Positions 28,609-38,571 of a DNA stretch of 64,000 nucleotides are shown here, piece by piece; the first letter of the stretch is position 1, and every line of letters starts with the position of its first letter. The notes beneath the pieces are model-generated. The model was not told the origin of the DNA and ran no database searches. It worked only from the letters and a program-made list of their open reading frames with translations. The stretch lies in contig CP170459.1 in NCBI GenBank assembly GCA_047947115.1, forward strand, positions 1,600,001 to 1,664,000. The letters run 5' to 3'. This DNA comes from Verrucomicrobiota bacterium. Lineage in GTDB: Bacteria; Verrucomicrobiota; Verrucomicrobiia; Limisphaerales; AAA164-E04. Both the position numbers and the translations under genes were made by a program.

Positions 28609-31086
28609 ATGGAACTGCCCGGGCAAATAGTCGTATCTTACCCGCAGTGGCTGCCCGGCATTATGGGTGGCTTTGCGGTCTTTTTGTTGATCCTTGCCTG
28701 GACCTACCGTGGCACGGGAATGTCCTTGGGGCGGCGTTTATTCTGCATTCTGCTCAAGGGGGTTGCAGTGGCGCTTTTGTTACTTTGTCTGCTTGAACCC
28801 CAGCTTACCCGCCAGAAACCTGAAGCAGGTGCCAATTACTTCGCTGTGATGGCGGACAACAGCCAGAGCATGTCCATTTTTGATCCAGGCCTGAACCGTA
28901 CCCGGGCAGAGGCCGTCACGGGAATGTTGGTGACCGAGACTGGTCAATGGCGATCGAATTTGGAGGACATGTTTCAGGTGCGAAAATACGGGATGGATTC
29001 GCGTCTTCATGGATTGAGAGATTTTTCGGAACTGACTTTTGATGGTGGGGCCACCGGGCTTGGAGCGGCTTTGCGGCAGTTGGCATCCCGGTTTCAGGAT
29101 CAACCCCTGGCTGGTATGCTGCTGGTCAGTGACGGCAACGCCACGGATGGCAGCGATGCTTCTGCTTTGGATTTGAGCGGATTGCCTCCAGTCTATCCGG
29201 TGGTGGTGGGTTCTGATCAGACCTCCCGTGATGTGTCCATTCGAAACATGGCAGTCAATCAGACCGCCTTTGAGGATGCCCCTGTTACACTGCGTGCGGA
29301 TGTGGATGTGGTTGGATTCGGAGGTAAGGAAGTGGTGGCAAGGTTGTATGAAGCTGATTTTACGGCCAAACCTGATTCCATATCGACGCCCGATTCACTT
29401 CAAACGGACGCAGGTTCGCTCGAGCAAGAGCCTTTGGACAGCCAGTCACAGGGTGTTTCGAGTGATCAGACCACATTGACTTACAGATTTCAGTTTCGTC
29501 CCAGTCGCGCGGGTGTGTCCTTTTATCGGTTGGAAGTATCTGCGCTGGATGAAAGTTCGGGCCCGGGGCCCAGAGAGGAACTGGAAGAGGCCACCCTTGC
29601 CAATAATCAACGCCTGGCGGTGGTGGACCGGGACTCCGAACCTCATCGTGTTTTATACGTCTCCGGTCGTCCCAACTGGGAATATAAATTCTTGAATCGT
29701 TCCCTGGCCGAGGATGATCAGGTGCAGTTGGTCGGGTTGATTCGCATTGCCAAGAGCGCTCCGAAATTTGAATTCAAGGGCCGACGTGGAGAAACCAGCA
29801 ACCCGCTTTATCGTGGGTTTGACAAGAAAGATGAATTTACCGAGCAGTTGGATCAGGCGGTGTTCACTCGCATGAACATCAAGGACGAGTCCGAACTCGT
29901 GAGCGGATTTCCCAAGCGCGCCGAAGATCTATTCGGTTACACCGCCATCATTCTGGATGACTTGGAATCCGAATTCTTCACCAGGGACCAGATGAGCCTG
30001 TTGCAGAAATTTGTTTCCGAGCGCGGCGGGGGATTGATGATGCTTGGAGGTTACGAATCTCTGACACGCGGTGAATATGAGGATACACCCCTGGGACGTA
30101 TGCTGCCTGTTTATCTGGACTCAGGGCGAAACTTGCAGGGAGTGGAGAAGGTTTCGCTGGAGTTGACGCGTGAAGGGTGGTTGCAACCATGGATACGATT
30201 GCGTGCCACCGAATCTCTGGAGCAGGAACGACTTTCTTCCATGCCGGAATTCAAGGTCATCAACCTGGTCAAGGAAGTCAAACCCGGTGCCTCGGTCCTG
30301 ATGCAGGCCAAGGATCCGTATTCCGGAAATACTTATCCTGCATTGATCAGTCAAAGATATGGATCGGGCCGCACGATGGTCATGGCGGTGGGAGATCTCT
30401 GGCGTTGGCAGATGCATGACAAGACGGACAGTGGTGATCTGGGCAAAGCCTGGCGGCAGATGGTGAGAGGCTTGATTGCGGATGTTCCAGGCAGAATCAA
30501 AGTTGATCTCGAACGGGAGCACTCCGAGGCCGGAGCCGCCATGAAGGTGAACGTGGTGGTAAGGGATGAAAAATACTGGCCGATCGATAATGCGAATGTG
30601 CGTTTGACGGTCAAGACCTTGGCCTCAGACCCGAAGGAATCCGGTGGAGCAGATGAAGGTGCATCGGATGAATTGAATTCGGAAGTGGTCATCAACGCCG
30701 AACCCAGCATTCGTGAACCGGGCCTGTATGAGGCGACCTACATCCCGCGCATCTCCGGTGGTTATCATTTGGGGGTTGAGGTGACCGATGCAAACGGTCT
30801 GGTGATTGCCCGCGACGAAGCCGGGTGGACCAATGACCCGAGCGCTGAAGAGTTTCAATCCCTGGTGCCCAATCGGGCCTGGATGGATGCCGTGGCGCAG
30901 AAGACCGGAGGGCGTGTGTTGAAGCAAAGTGATCTCGACAGCTGGGCATCGGAACTTCAATTCGAAGCCGCCCCCATCATGGAAACCATTTCCACCCCGC
31001 TCTGGCATACGCCTTATCTGTTCGGAGCTGCCATGGTTTTGTTTGCGTTGGAATGGTACTTACGAAGAAAGAGAGGTTTGGCATGA
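28609..31086 (+). CDS. Membrane protein with vWA and glutamine amidotransferase-like domains
   Basis: N-terminal TMs; MIDAS-like DNSQS and SDG; GGGLMMLGG; C-terminal TM ending EWYLRRKRGLA. Confidence 0.75.
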   Translation: MELPGQIVVSYPQWLPGIMGGFAVFLLILAWTYRGTGMSLGRRLFCILLKGVAVALLLLCLLEPQLTRQKPEAGANYFAVMADNSQSMSIFDPGLNRTRAEAVTGMLVTETGQWRSNLEDMFQVRKYGMDSRLHGLRDFSELTFDGGATGLGAALRQLASRFQDQPLAGMLLVSDGNATDGSDASALDLSGLPPVYPVVVGSDQTSRDVSIRNMAVNQTAFEDAPVTLRADVDVVGFGGKEVVARLYEADFTAKPDSISTPDSLQTDAGSLEQEPLDSQSQGVSSDQTTLTYRFQFRPSRAGVSFYRLEVSALDESSGPGPREELEEATLANNQRLAVVDRDSEPHRVLYVSGRPNWEYKFLNRSLAEDDQVQLVGLIRIAKSAPKFEFKGRRGETSNPLYRGFDKKDEFTEQLDQAVFTRMNIKDESELVSGFPKRAEDLFGYTAIILDDLESEFFTRDQMSLLQKFVSERGGGLMMLGGYESLTRGEYEDTPLGRMLPVYLDSGRNLQGVEKVSLELTREGWLQPWIRLRATESLEQERLSSMPEFKVINLVKEVKPGASVLMQAKDPYSGNTYPALISQRYGSGRTMVMAVGDLWRWQMHDKTDSGDLGKAWRQMVRGLIADVPGRIKVDLEREHSEAGAAMKVNVVVRDEKYWPIDNANVRLTVKTLASDPKESGGADEGASDELNSEVVINAEPSIREPGLYEATYIPRISGGYHLGVEVTDANGLVIARDEAGWTNDPSAEEFQSLVPNRAWMDAVAQKTGGRVLKQSDLDSWASELQFEAAPIMETISTPLWHTPYLFGAAMVLFALEWYLRRKRGLA

Positions 31087-32156
31087 TCGTTTCCATGAAG
31101 AAGAAATGGATTCACACCGCGGTTGCCTGCGTGTTGATCCTGTTGATCAACCCTGGACTTGCGGCTGCCGAAAAAAGTGCCGAGGCTTCATTAGGCGGGG
31201 CCGGTAAGGCTGACTTGTTGATTGTAGTAGGAGCGGGCGGTCTCGAGCAGTATCAGGAATTGTTTTCCGAATGGACATCCATGCTTCGGAGTGTTGGTGC
31301 TCAAGCGCAGGCCAATGTCACGGTCGTCGGCCCCGAATTGCCGGAAGGAAGCACCGGGGATCTGAAGGACCAACTTCAGTCCACGATCGAATCCCTTTCC
31401 GCCGAAACGAGCGAACCGTTGTGGATTGCCATGATTGGTCACGGCACCTTTGATGGACGGACGGCAAAATTCAATATGGCCGGTCCCGATGTATCGAGTC
31501 AGGAATTGGCCGAGTGGTTGAAGCCGTTGAAACGACCGTTGGCGGTCATGAACACCGCATCCGCATCCGCTCCGTTTTTGAATGCCCTATCGGGTCCCAA
31601 CCGAGTGATTCTTACTGCCACCCGTGACGGATTCGAGCTCAACTTCGCGCGATTCGGTTCCTACCTGGTGAAGGCGTTGGGAAGTTCGACAGCCGATTTG
31701 GACAAGGATGGTCAAACGTCCCTGCTGGAAGCGTTTATCATGGCATCGCGCCAAGTGGACGAGTTCTACGAAGTGGAAGGGCGTTTGGCTTCAGAACATG
31801 CTTTGCTTGATGATACCGGTGATCAAAAGGGGATTGCTGCTGATTGGTTCAAGGGGGTGCGCCCCGTGAAACAACCCGAAGGCCAATCCAAACCGGACGG
31901 ACGCATTGCCAGTCAGTTTCACCTGCTTGAAAATACTCTGGAGAAACAAATGTCACCGGAAATCAAGCAGCGCCGTGATGAACTGGAACAGGCCATCTTC
32001 GAATTGCGGGATCACCGCACTGACATGGATGAGGCGGCCTATTTCGAAAGACTCGAGGCCTTGTTGATTCCGTTTGCGGAATTGTATGCCGAACTGGATC
32101 AAGCCACCGAATCAGAGGATTCCTCATCTCCTGAAGACGATCTGTATTTTGAGTAA
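31083..32156 (+). CDS. Secreted conserved hypothetical protein (caspase/C13-like fold suspected)
   Basis: ATGA overlap with the upstream gene; IGHGT motif; DLDKDGQTSLLEAF EF-hand-like motif. Confidence 0.55.
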   Translation: MIVSMKKKWIHTAVACVLILLINPGLAAAEKSAEASLGGAGKADLLIVVGAGGLEQYQELFSEWTSMLRSVGAQAQANVTVVGPELPEGSTGDLKDQLQSTIESLSAETSEPLWIAMIGHGTFDGRTAKFNMAGPDVSSQELAEWLKPLKRPLAVMNTASASAPFLNALSGPNRVILTATRDGFELNFARFGSYLVKALGSSTADLDKDGQTSLLEAFIMASRQVDEFYEVEGRLASEHALLDDTGDQKGIAADWFKGVRPVKQPEGQSKPDGRIASQFHLLENTLEKQMSPEIKQRRDELEQAIFELRDHRTDMDEAAYFERLEALLIPFAELYAELDQATESEDSSSPEDDLYFE

Positions 32157-32202
32157 TTAGTTGTTTTTAATCCGCACCACCGCAGTCTCGACGCCTTCGA
32201 TC

Positions 32203-33714
32203 TTACCATTTGATGTTGGTCAAATTGACCACTTCCAGTTTCCACTGCTCAAATTCAGCGCCCAGGTGCAAGATTCCAAAGGTGTCGAAATCGTATTTGT
32301 TCCCGGCACCGTAATAACTGTCCGGCGCCACATTGAAGGTGTAAACCGCTCCATCCACCAAAGGACGTTGATTCCCGGTTTCGAGCTTCAATCGGGACAA
32401 GGAAGACAACTGTTCGGATTGGGAAGGGGGGATGGATTCCTGCCAGTGTCGAAAGACTCCTTTGCTGTGCACCAATCGGCGCATCATGGGATTGGGCAGG
32501 CTGGAGTGTTGGTGAGCCCGCATGATAGCGCGAATTCGGTGTATGGAAGTGGATCCCTGCTTCAAGATCAGTTGTGTCAAACGGTCTCCATAAACCCATG
32601 CCCGACCCGGGTCGATGGCCAATTGGGCCTCGCCTTTGGTCAGGCTGAAATCATTCCACATGAAGCCCAGAACAGTTGGTGTGGACGGGCTCGTGGGAGT
32701 GTGGTCTTTGAAATTGGCATGGGCCAACTGAGCCCCGCTGCCCAGAACCGAGTCGATGCCGGGTGTTTCGGACAGGAAGGTTTGTTGCTTGATATCGCCG
32801 ATGAGTTGGTAGGCGATGTCGCTTCGATGATCGAGCAGTTCGGAAGGATTATATCCGGGTTCCACTCCGCCATGATTGCATTGTACGAAATTGGTCCGAT
32901 GTCCCAGGTAGATGGCGACCGGGAGGAAATCGTAGATGCGAGAGAGGGGTTTGATCGGGAATTCCGGGCCGTACTTGGCATTGACTTCCCTTATGAAACC
33001 ATATTCCAGGGTCAACCGGATGTCTTCGTGATTGCCACGCGCCATCCACACATTATCAGGGTTCTCGGCCCTGAGCCGCAGCAGCACATACATCACTTCG
33101 ACTCCGTAAGCGCCCCGGTCGGTATAATCCCCCAGGAACACCATGTGTGTGTCCGGCGATTGGATTTTAAAGCCGTTGAGCATGCCTTCATCGTTGAGTT
33201 GTTTCAGCCATGTATTCAATGAGTGAATATCCCCGTGCAGGTCTCCGTGCAGCAGGACCTTGGACTCCGCGCTGAGAAAAAGCTTCTGGGTAAAGGGCTG
33301 GAATGGAATGCCGCCACGTTCAAAATACACCCTGGAAGTGTCGTAAAATGTGGCGTCCGGTTTGTTTAAGTTCACCCAGTTGCCGGCATCAGACAACGGG
33401 CCGGTCAGTTGTAATTCAAAAAAGCGATCCAGAACCGCCCTGAATTCGTTGAGGTCCTGCATCGGCAGGAGGCTCTTGTCCGGCAATGCCATGCCGAGTT
33501 TGCGGTTGGGGGGCAGGGGATCACATTTCCTGATCCAATCCTCAAAGGAGATCCATGACTCGTCCTTGGATGTATCTGTGTTGGTGCTATTGTTGTCTGC
33601 CTTCTGTGTTTGAGCGGCTGGTGTCGTTTGCACGCTCTGTCCACACGAAAGATTCAGGCTGAGCATTACCAGTAGCCATCCGGATTGGAGTGTTTTGATG
33701 TTCAGTGGTCGCAT
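32203..33714 (-). CDS. PPP-family Ser/Thr phosphatase, predicted lipoprotein
   Basis: GDLHG, GDYTDRG, RGNHE, HGG, RAHQ; lipobox-like NLSC after the start at 33714. Confidence 0.85.
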   Translation of the reverse strand: MRPLNIKTLQSGWLLVMLSLNLSCGQSVQTTPAAQTQKADNNSTNTDTSKDESWISFEDWIRKCDPLPPNRKLGMALPDKSLLPMQDLNEFRAVLDRFFELQLTGPLSDAGNWVNLNKPDATFYDTSRVYFERGGIPFQPFTQKLFLSAESKVLLHGDLHGDIHSLNTWLKQLNDEGMLNGFKIQSPDTHMVFLGDYTDRGAYGVEVMYVLLRLRAENPDNVWMARGNHEDIRLTLEYGFIREVNAKYGPEFPIKPLSRIYDFLPVAIYLGHRTNFVQCNHGGVEPGYNPSELLDHRSDIAYQLIGDIKQQTFLSETPGIDSVLGSGAQLAHANFKDHTPTSPSTPTVLGFMWNDFSLTKGEAQLAIDPGRAWVYGDRLTQLILKQGSTSIHRIRAIMRAHQHSSLPNPMMRRLVHSKGVFRHWQESIPPSQSEQLSSLSRLKLETGNQRPLVDGAVYTFNVAPDSYYGAGNKYDFDTFGILHLGAEFEQWKLEVVNLTNIKW

Positions 33715-33888
33715 GATCGTTGAACAGGTTGCTGACTCTTGGGTGTTTTGAAAGCACGAAATTGATGGGTGCATCTGGTGTGGTTCAGTTTTGGTTGCCA
33801 ACTTGCAGGTCTGCTGCATGGCGTTGAATGGGGTAAATGTCAGAAAACAACTTGCGAAATGGCTGTTCAAGTCGTATGGAATGGCCCC

Positions 33889-34452
33889 ATGAACAACACT
33901 CCAACATCTCTTCAAGGTATGGTTCAGTATGCCATTCTGTTATGTGGTTTCTTAACATCGACCCTGGGCCACGCCGCCGATCCGATAAGTTTCACGGTCA
34001 GCGACGCCGCGTTTGAAGCTCCTGCGGATTGGAAGAAAGCTTCCTCCACGTCGCCTATGCGCAAGGCGCAGTTTGCTGTGGTGCGCGAAGGTATTCAGGA
34101 TGAAGGGGAAGTTGTTTTTTATCATTTTGGTCCAGGCGCAGCCGGGGGAACCCAGGCCAATGTGCAGCGTTGGTTGGGGCAGTTTAAGGAAACCGGAGAT
34201 CAATTGGGAGCCAAGACCGAAAAGAGCGAAATTGATTCCGTAGCACTTACTTTTGTGAAAGCTTATGGCACCTATATGAGTGGCGCTCCACTCGGTCCAA
34301 AGACTCCAAAAGCCGATTATGCGCTGCTTGGAGCAATCATTGAAGCGCCCAAGGGACACATCTTCATCAAATTCACCGGCCCGCGCGATTTGGTGGATGA
34401 CGCGGACAAAGCATTCCGGAAAATGGCTCAATCCGCTCGGATTTCACGTTAA
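33889..34452 (+). CDS. Secreted conserved hypothetical protein
   Basis: Signal peptide; SPMRKAQF, GG..ANV.RW..QF, FIKFTGP. Confidence 0.6.
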   Translation: MNNTPTSLQGMVQYAILLCGFLTSTLGHAADPISFTVSDAAFEAPADWKKASSTSPMRKAQFAVVREGIQDEGEVVFYHFGPGAAGGTQANVQRWLGQFKETGDQLGAKTEKSEIDSVALTFVKAYGTYMSGAPLGPKTPKADYALLGAIIEAPKGHIFIKFTGPRDLVDDADKAFRKMAQSARISR

Positions 34453-34536
34453 AATGGCTTTTTTTGGTCAAATGGGGCCGGATTGTCACATTTCGCACTT
34501 GCCTTTTTCTGCTGGATCTCAAAGATACCCGTCCTT

Positions 34537-35226
34537 ATGAGTTCAGAAACAGAATCAACCGGAATGATTGATCTTCTGGCTTGGTACGAGACCAACAAGC
34601 AGAAGGTGGCGGGAGCAGGCGTTGTACTCCTGGTCGTCGGTTTCGTTGGCTATTTTGCCAATTGGAAGACCACACAGACCGAGTTGAATGCATCCAACGA
34701 TCTTTTCCAGGTCCGTTTGGCCATTGGTAAAGAGGAAGCCGACATCGCCGATCCGACCAAGTTGTTGAAGGTTGCTTCGGACCATTCCGGAACAGCCGCC
34801 AGCGGGCGCGCCGTCCTGTTTGCCGCCAGCGCCTATTTCGAGAAAGGGCAATACGACGAAGCCCTGAAACAATTTGAAGCCTTCCTTGCCGGCAACGGGG
34901 ACAGTCCTCTGCGCGGTACGGCCATGTATTGCGCTGCTGCGTGTAAAGACGCTCTGGGGCAGACAACCGAAGCCATTGACGGGTATCGACGTGTCGCCAG
35001 CAGTTTTGCCAATTCTTACGTCGCCTTCCAAGCCAAATTGGCCATGGGGGGACTCTATGAGTCTCAGGGTGAAGCTTCCCAGGCGCTGGCTGTTTATGAT
35101 GAGCTTTCTCACACGACAGTCCCGGTGACCTACAGTAGCGAAGCCGGTTCACGTCGCGAATCGCTGTTGAAGAAACACCCCGAGCTGGCTCCTGCCGAAG
35201 AAGCTGTCGTTGAATCGGCTGAATAA
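34537..35226 (+). CDS. YfgM-like membrane-anchored TPR protein
   Basis: N-terminal W..NK plus TM helix, followed by TPR repeats. Confidence 0.75.
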   Translation: MSSETESTGMIDLLAWYETNKQKVAGAGVVLLVVGFVGYFANWKTTQTELNASNDLFQVRLAIGKEEADIADPTKLLKVASDHSGTAASGRAVLFAASAYFEKGQYDEALKQFEAFLAGNGDSPLRGTAMYCAAACKDALGQTTEAIDGYRRVASSFANSYVAFQAKLAMGGLYESQGEASQALAVYDELSHTTVPVTYSSEAGSRRESLLKKHPELAPAEEAVVESAE

Positions 35227-35263
35227 GGGGTTGTTTCACTGACATTTCAATGAGTTTTATACG

Positions 35264-35295
35264 CGGCGGCACTTTCGAGTGACCGCCGTTTTTTT
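35264..35295 (+). terminator. Terminator-like hairpin directly before mutT
   Basis: CGGCGG-CAC-loop-GTG-A-CCGCCG followed by T7. Confidence 0.6.
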
Positions 35296-35703
35296 ATGAA
35301 TCAACCGTTCATCGAAGTTGCTGCAGCATTGATCTTCCGCGACTCAAAACTTCTCATCGCCCAACGGCCTCCCGGCGTCCACCTCGCCGGATTATGGGAA
35401 TTCCCGGGCGGCAAACGGGAATCCGGTGAGACCTTCGAAACCTGCCTTCTGCGCGAGATCCGCGAGGAACTGGATTGTGATATCCGCGTGGGCGATCTGG
35501 TGTTCCAGACAAAGCATGACTATCCTGGCAAATCCATTGACATTCGTTTTTATCAATGCCAACTACATCAAGGGGAGCCTAAACCGGTGGAATGTGCTGC
35601 AGTGGAATGGATCTCCGTAGCACAATTAAGAGATTTTGAGTTTCCCAAAGCCGATGAAAAACTGTTGTATCTCTTAACCAGCCGCACTGATCTTTGGAGT
35701 TGA
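35296..35703 (+). CDS. mutT: 8-oxo-dGTP diphosphatase (Nudix)
   Basis: WEFPGGK...E...CL.REI.EEL Nudix box; FPKAD. Confidence 0.88.
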   Translation: MNQPFIEVAAALIFRDSKLLIAQRPPGVHLAGLWEFPGGKRESGETFETCLLREIREELDCDIRVGDLVFQTKHDYPGKSIDIRFYQCQLHQGEPKPVECAAVEWISVAQLRDFEFPKADEKLLYLLTSRTDLWS

Positions 35704-35743
35704 AAAGTGAGGGAGCAAAACATGATTCGATCCCTCTCACGCT

Positions 35744-36568
35744 TTGGAAGAAAAATATGACGACAAGCTGTGTGTTTTAGAAAGGAAGAGGATTGTGAGT
35801 ATTGCTCGAATAAAAGCCGGATGGTTTTGTTTTTTTGTCATGGTGGCTATTGCTTTGACCTCCTGTCGTTCCCATTCTGATCTTTCTTCCAACCGATCAC
35901 ATGCCTTAAAAGACTTTAGAAAAGTTCGATTGGATCATGGAGTTGCCTTGTTGTTTGAGGATGAGGGCCATCTGGCTTCGCATCACCCGGTGATCGAACA
36001 GGAAGTTCGCCGCACTATTGAAGTTGTTGCCGCGAAATGGGTCATTGGGCGACTTTCCATCCGGGTCTTCGCCAGTCAAACCAACGTGATTCCTGAAATT
36101 GGATTGAACGGATACACGCCATCGGCGACCGAAATCCGATTGTTCGTTCATCCCACGTTTCAATCATTGGATGATTCGATCGAGACCCATTTGTTCCCCC
36201 TGTTGGCTCATGAAATGCACCATGCACGACGTACCCGCTTGGTGGGTTACGGTTCTACTCTGCTTGAAGCGGTTGTTTCCGAAGGCTTGGCGGACCATTT
36301 TTCGATGGAAGTTGCCGGCGTCGAACCTCCCGTCTGGTCGGTCTCGGTTCAGGGAGAAACATTGGATCACTGGATATTCAAAGCCTCCGAGGCCTGGCTG
36401 GAACCGGGCTATCGCCATGCCGAGTGGTTCTACGGTACTCACCCCGATATTCCGCGCTGGACTGGTTACTCCAGAGGGTTCGCACTGGTGGACCGATAAC
36501 TTCAGACGCATCCGCATCAAAGCGCTTCACAGCTGGTTGGGGCATTCGCCAGTGCCTTTGTGTCTTAA
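35744..36568 (+). pseudogene. DUF2268-like Zn-dependent protease lipoprotein, probably truncated by a premature TAA
   Basis: HEMHH, SEGLADHF, PRWTGY; TAA at 36497-36499 is followed in frame by 22 protein-like codons (LQTHPHQSASQLV...). Start uncertain. Confidence 0.6.
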
Positions 36569-36679
36569 GATCGGCTGGTCCATGAAGGTGACGTTTTGGT
36601 GTAAACCCGATTTTTGCAACTTATGCCCCAAAACAAGCATGAGCGTGTGGCGTCACCACCAGCGACTGGTTGAAGCATA

Positions 36680-36964
36680 TCAGCGATAATTTTTGAGGTC
36701 GCGGTAGTAATTTTCGTGGGATCCGAAGGTGAGTAATACAATCTCATTCTCCAGCTCCTCAAAGCCCAATAGAATTTGCTGCTTGTTCATCGTAAATTTG
36801 TAAATGCGAACCCCTTTTAAATCGCCCACCTTGGCTTGTTCTGCTTCAGGATTCTCCCAAATAAACCGGACTGCTTCGTCCAGAGTTTTCTTTTCTGTTT
36901 TGTTAAGTTTTTTGGCTTTTCGGCGAAATAGAGGTGATGTCGTTAAATTTTTACCCGAAGACAT
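36680..36964 (-). CDS. RelE/ParE-like toxin
   Basis: F.RKAKKL...K.GDLKGVRIYKF...GSHENYYRDLK; overlaps the antitoxin; start uncertain. Confidence 0.8.
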   Translation of the reverse strand: MSSGKNLTTSPLFRRKAKKLNKTEKKTLDEAVRFIWENPEAEQAKVGDLKGVRIYKFTMNKQQILLGFEELENEIVLLTFGSHENYYRDLKNYR

Positions 36965-37166
36965 ATTCCTCCTTATCCATCTTGGCTTCTTCACGCGCCA
37001 ATAGGAGCTCTCTTATGAAAGAATAGGTCAAATCAGGGTTTTCTTCCGCGATTCGTCCGATCCGAGCCCAGTATTCAACTTGGCCGGTCAGGGAGCGCTT
37101 TTCTACTTTACTGCGTGACTTCGCTTCCATCGCCAGTTCCTTGGAAATTCTAATGACAGAACTCAT
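36951..37166 (-). CDS. ParD-like (RHH) antitoxin
   Basis: RSLTGQVEYWARIGRIAEENPDL. Confidence 0.85.
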   Translation of the reverse strand: MSSVIRISKELAMEAKSRSKVEKRSLTGQVEYWARIGRIAEENPDLTYSFIRELLLAREEAKMDKEEYVFG

Positions 37167-37173
37167 GCTTCAA

Positions 37174-37201
37174 AAAGTAGTGTTTAGCTACACATTGTCA
37201 A
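37174..37201 (-). promoter_or_regulatory. Sigma70 promoter of the TA operon
   Basis: Minus strand TTGACA-16 nt-TACTTT, 7 nt before the antitoxin ATG. Confidence 0.6.
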
Positions 37202-37437
37202 TATTCGCTTCAAAGCTTTTAATCAGCGGATCCTAATGCCTTAAGCACCGGCTTGGTGATGCTCCCGCATTCCAGAGGCGCGTTTGCTTCGTGTGGATCT
37301 TTCCGGGGTGAGGTTGTTGTCGGCTTTGGTAGTGATCTTGTTGGATTTGCGTTGCTTTTTGGGTGGGGTTGTGATCTGGTTTGTTTATATCTAATTCCAG
37401 TTCAACCACAAATAGACCGTTGCATAGGTCTTCTTGA

Positions 37438-38571
37438 GTGATGCCAAAGAGTCCCTGTCATATTTGTAATCAACCGTTGGAGTATCCCGAGGAACTTGCG
37501 GGGCAGCAGGTGGAGTGTCCTCATTGCGGGACGCAGACCAAGTTGCCGGTCATGTCCGATATTCTGGTGCGTATTCCTTCAGCGGTAGATGAGAGCATTC
37601 GGCAAAGTGCCGAATCTCCCATCGCCAGCGTCGCTCAGAAGGTGCTTTCCAATATGGGTAAAGTGGTCGTAGGGAAGGAAGAGACCATGGCGTTGGCTTT
37701 GACCGCGTGTCTGGCCGATGGTCATGTTTTGTTTGAGGATGTGCCGGGTGTCGCTAAAACCATGTTGGCGCGCGCCATGGCAATCAGTATGGGGTGTCCG
37801 TTCAAACGGATCCAATGTACGCCCGATCTATTGCCGAGTGATATTTCCGGTTCCTCGGTTTTTAATCCAAAGACCACGGATTTCGAATTTCGTGCCGGTC
37901 CGCTTTTCACGCAGGTGTTGTTGGCGGATGAAATCAATCGTGCCACGCCGCGCGCCCAGTCCGCCTTGTTGGAGGCGATGGCGGAACGTAAGGTGACGGT
38001 GGATGGAAAAACGCATGCATTGGAAGCGCCCTTCTTTTTGATTGCCACTCAAAATCCCATTGATCATGAGGGCACCTTTCCGCTGCCGGAAGCGCAGTTG
38101 GATCGTTTTTTGATGCGTCTGCAGTTGGGGTATCCCGGTACGGATCTGGAGATTCAGATGCTTCAGAACAATCAGTTGCAACATCCTATTGAAACATTGG
38201 AAGCTGTCACAGATTCCAGTGAAGTTTTGGAATGCCAAACCGCCGTGCGAAACATCAAGGTGCATCCCAAAGTGGCGGGTTATATTGTGGATATCGTGGA
38301 AGCTTCCAGGGGCCACGATGATATCCAGCTTGGTGCGAGTCCTCGAGCTTCTTTGGCCTTGTTTCGTTGTGCACAAGCTTACGCAGGAATTCATGGCTAT
38401 GATTTTGTGACTCCCGACGATGTCAAATATCTGGCTCCGTTCATCATGATGCATCGCCTGTTGTTGAAACCGGAAACCCGCCTGAGGAAGCGATCCTCCA
38501 AAGACATCATGCGCGACATCCTCAACTCCATTACCGTTCCTCAAATTCGGACCGAAGATTTGAACGCATGA
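37438..38571 (+). CDS. MoxR-family AAA+ ATPase with N-terminal zinc ribbon
   Basis: EDVPGVAKT, RIQCTPDLLPSD, LADEINRA, ATQNP; N-terminal CHIC...CPHC. Confidence 0.92.
   Translation: MMPKSPCHICNQPLEYPEELAGQQVECPHCGTQTKLPVMSDILVRIPSAVDESIRQSAESPIASVAQKVLSNMGKVVVGKEETMALALTACLADGHVLFEDVPGVAKTMLARAMAISMGCPFKRIQCTPDLLPSDISGSSVFNPKTTDFEFRAGPLFTQVLLADEINRATPRAQSALLEAMAERKVTVDGKTHALEAPFFLIATQNPIDHEGTFPLPEAQLDRFLMRLQLGYPGTDLEIQMLQNNQLQHPIETLEAVTDSSEVLECQTAVRNIKVHPKVAGYIVDIVEASRGHDDIQLGASPRASLALFRCAQAYAGIHGYDFVTPDDVKYLAPFIMMHRLLLKPETRLRKRSSKDIMRDILNSITVPQIRTEDLNA

Noticed and set aside
36497..36499. Sec/Pyl recoding in the DUF2268-like gene
   Set aside because: The codon is TAA, not TGA or TAG, and is not at a redox motif.
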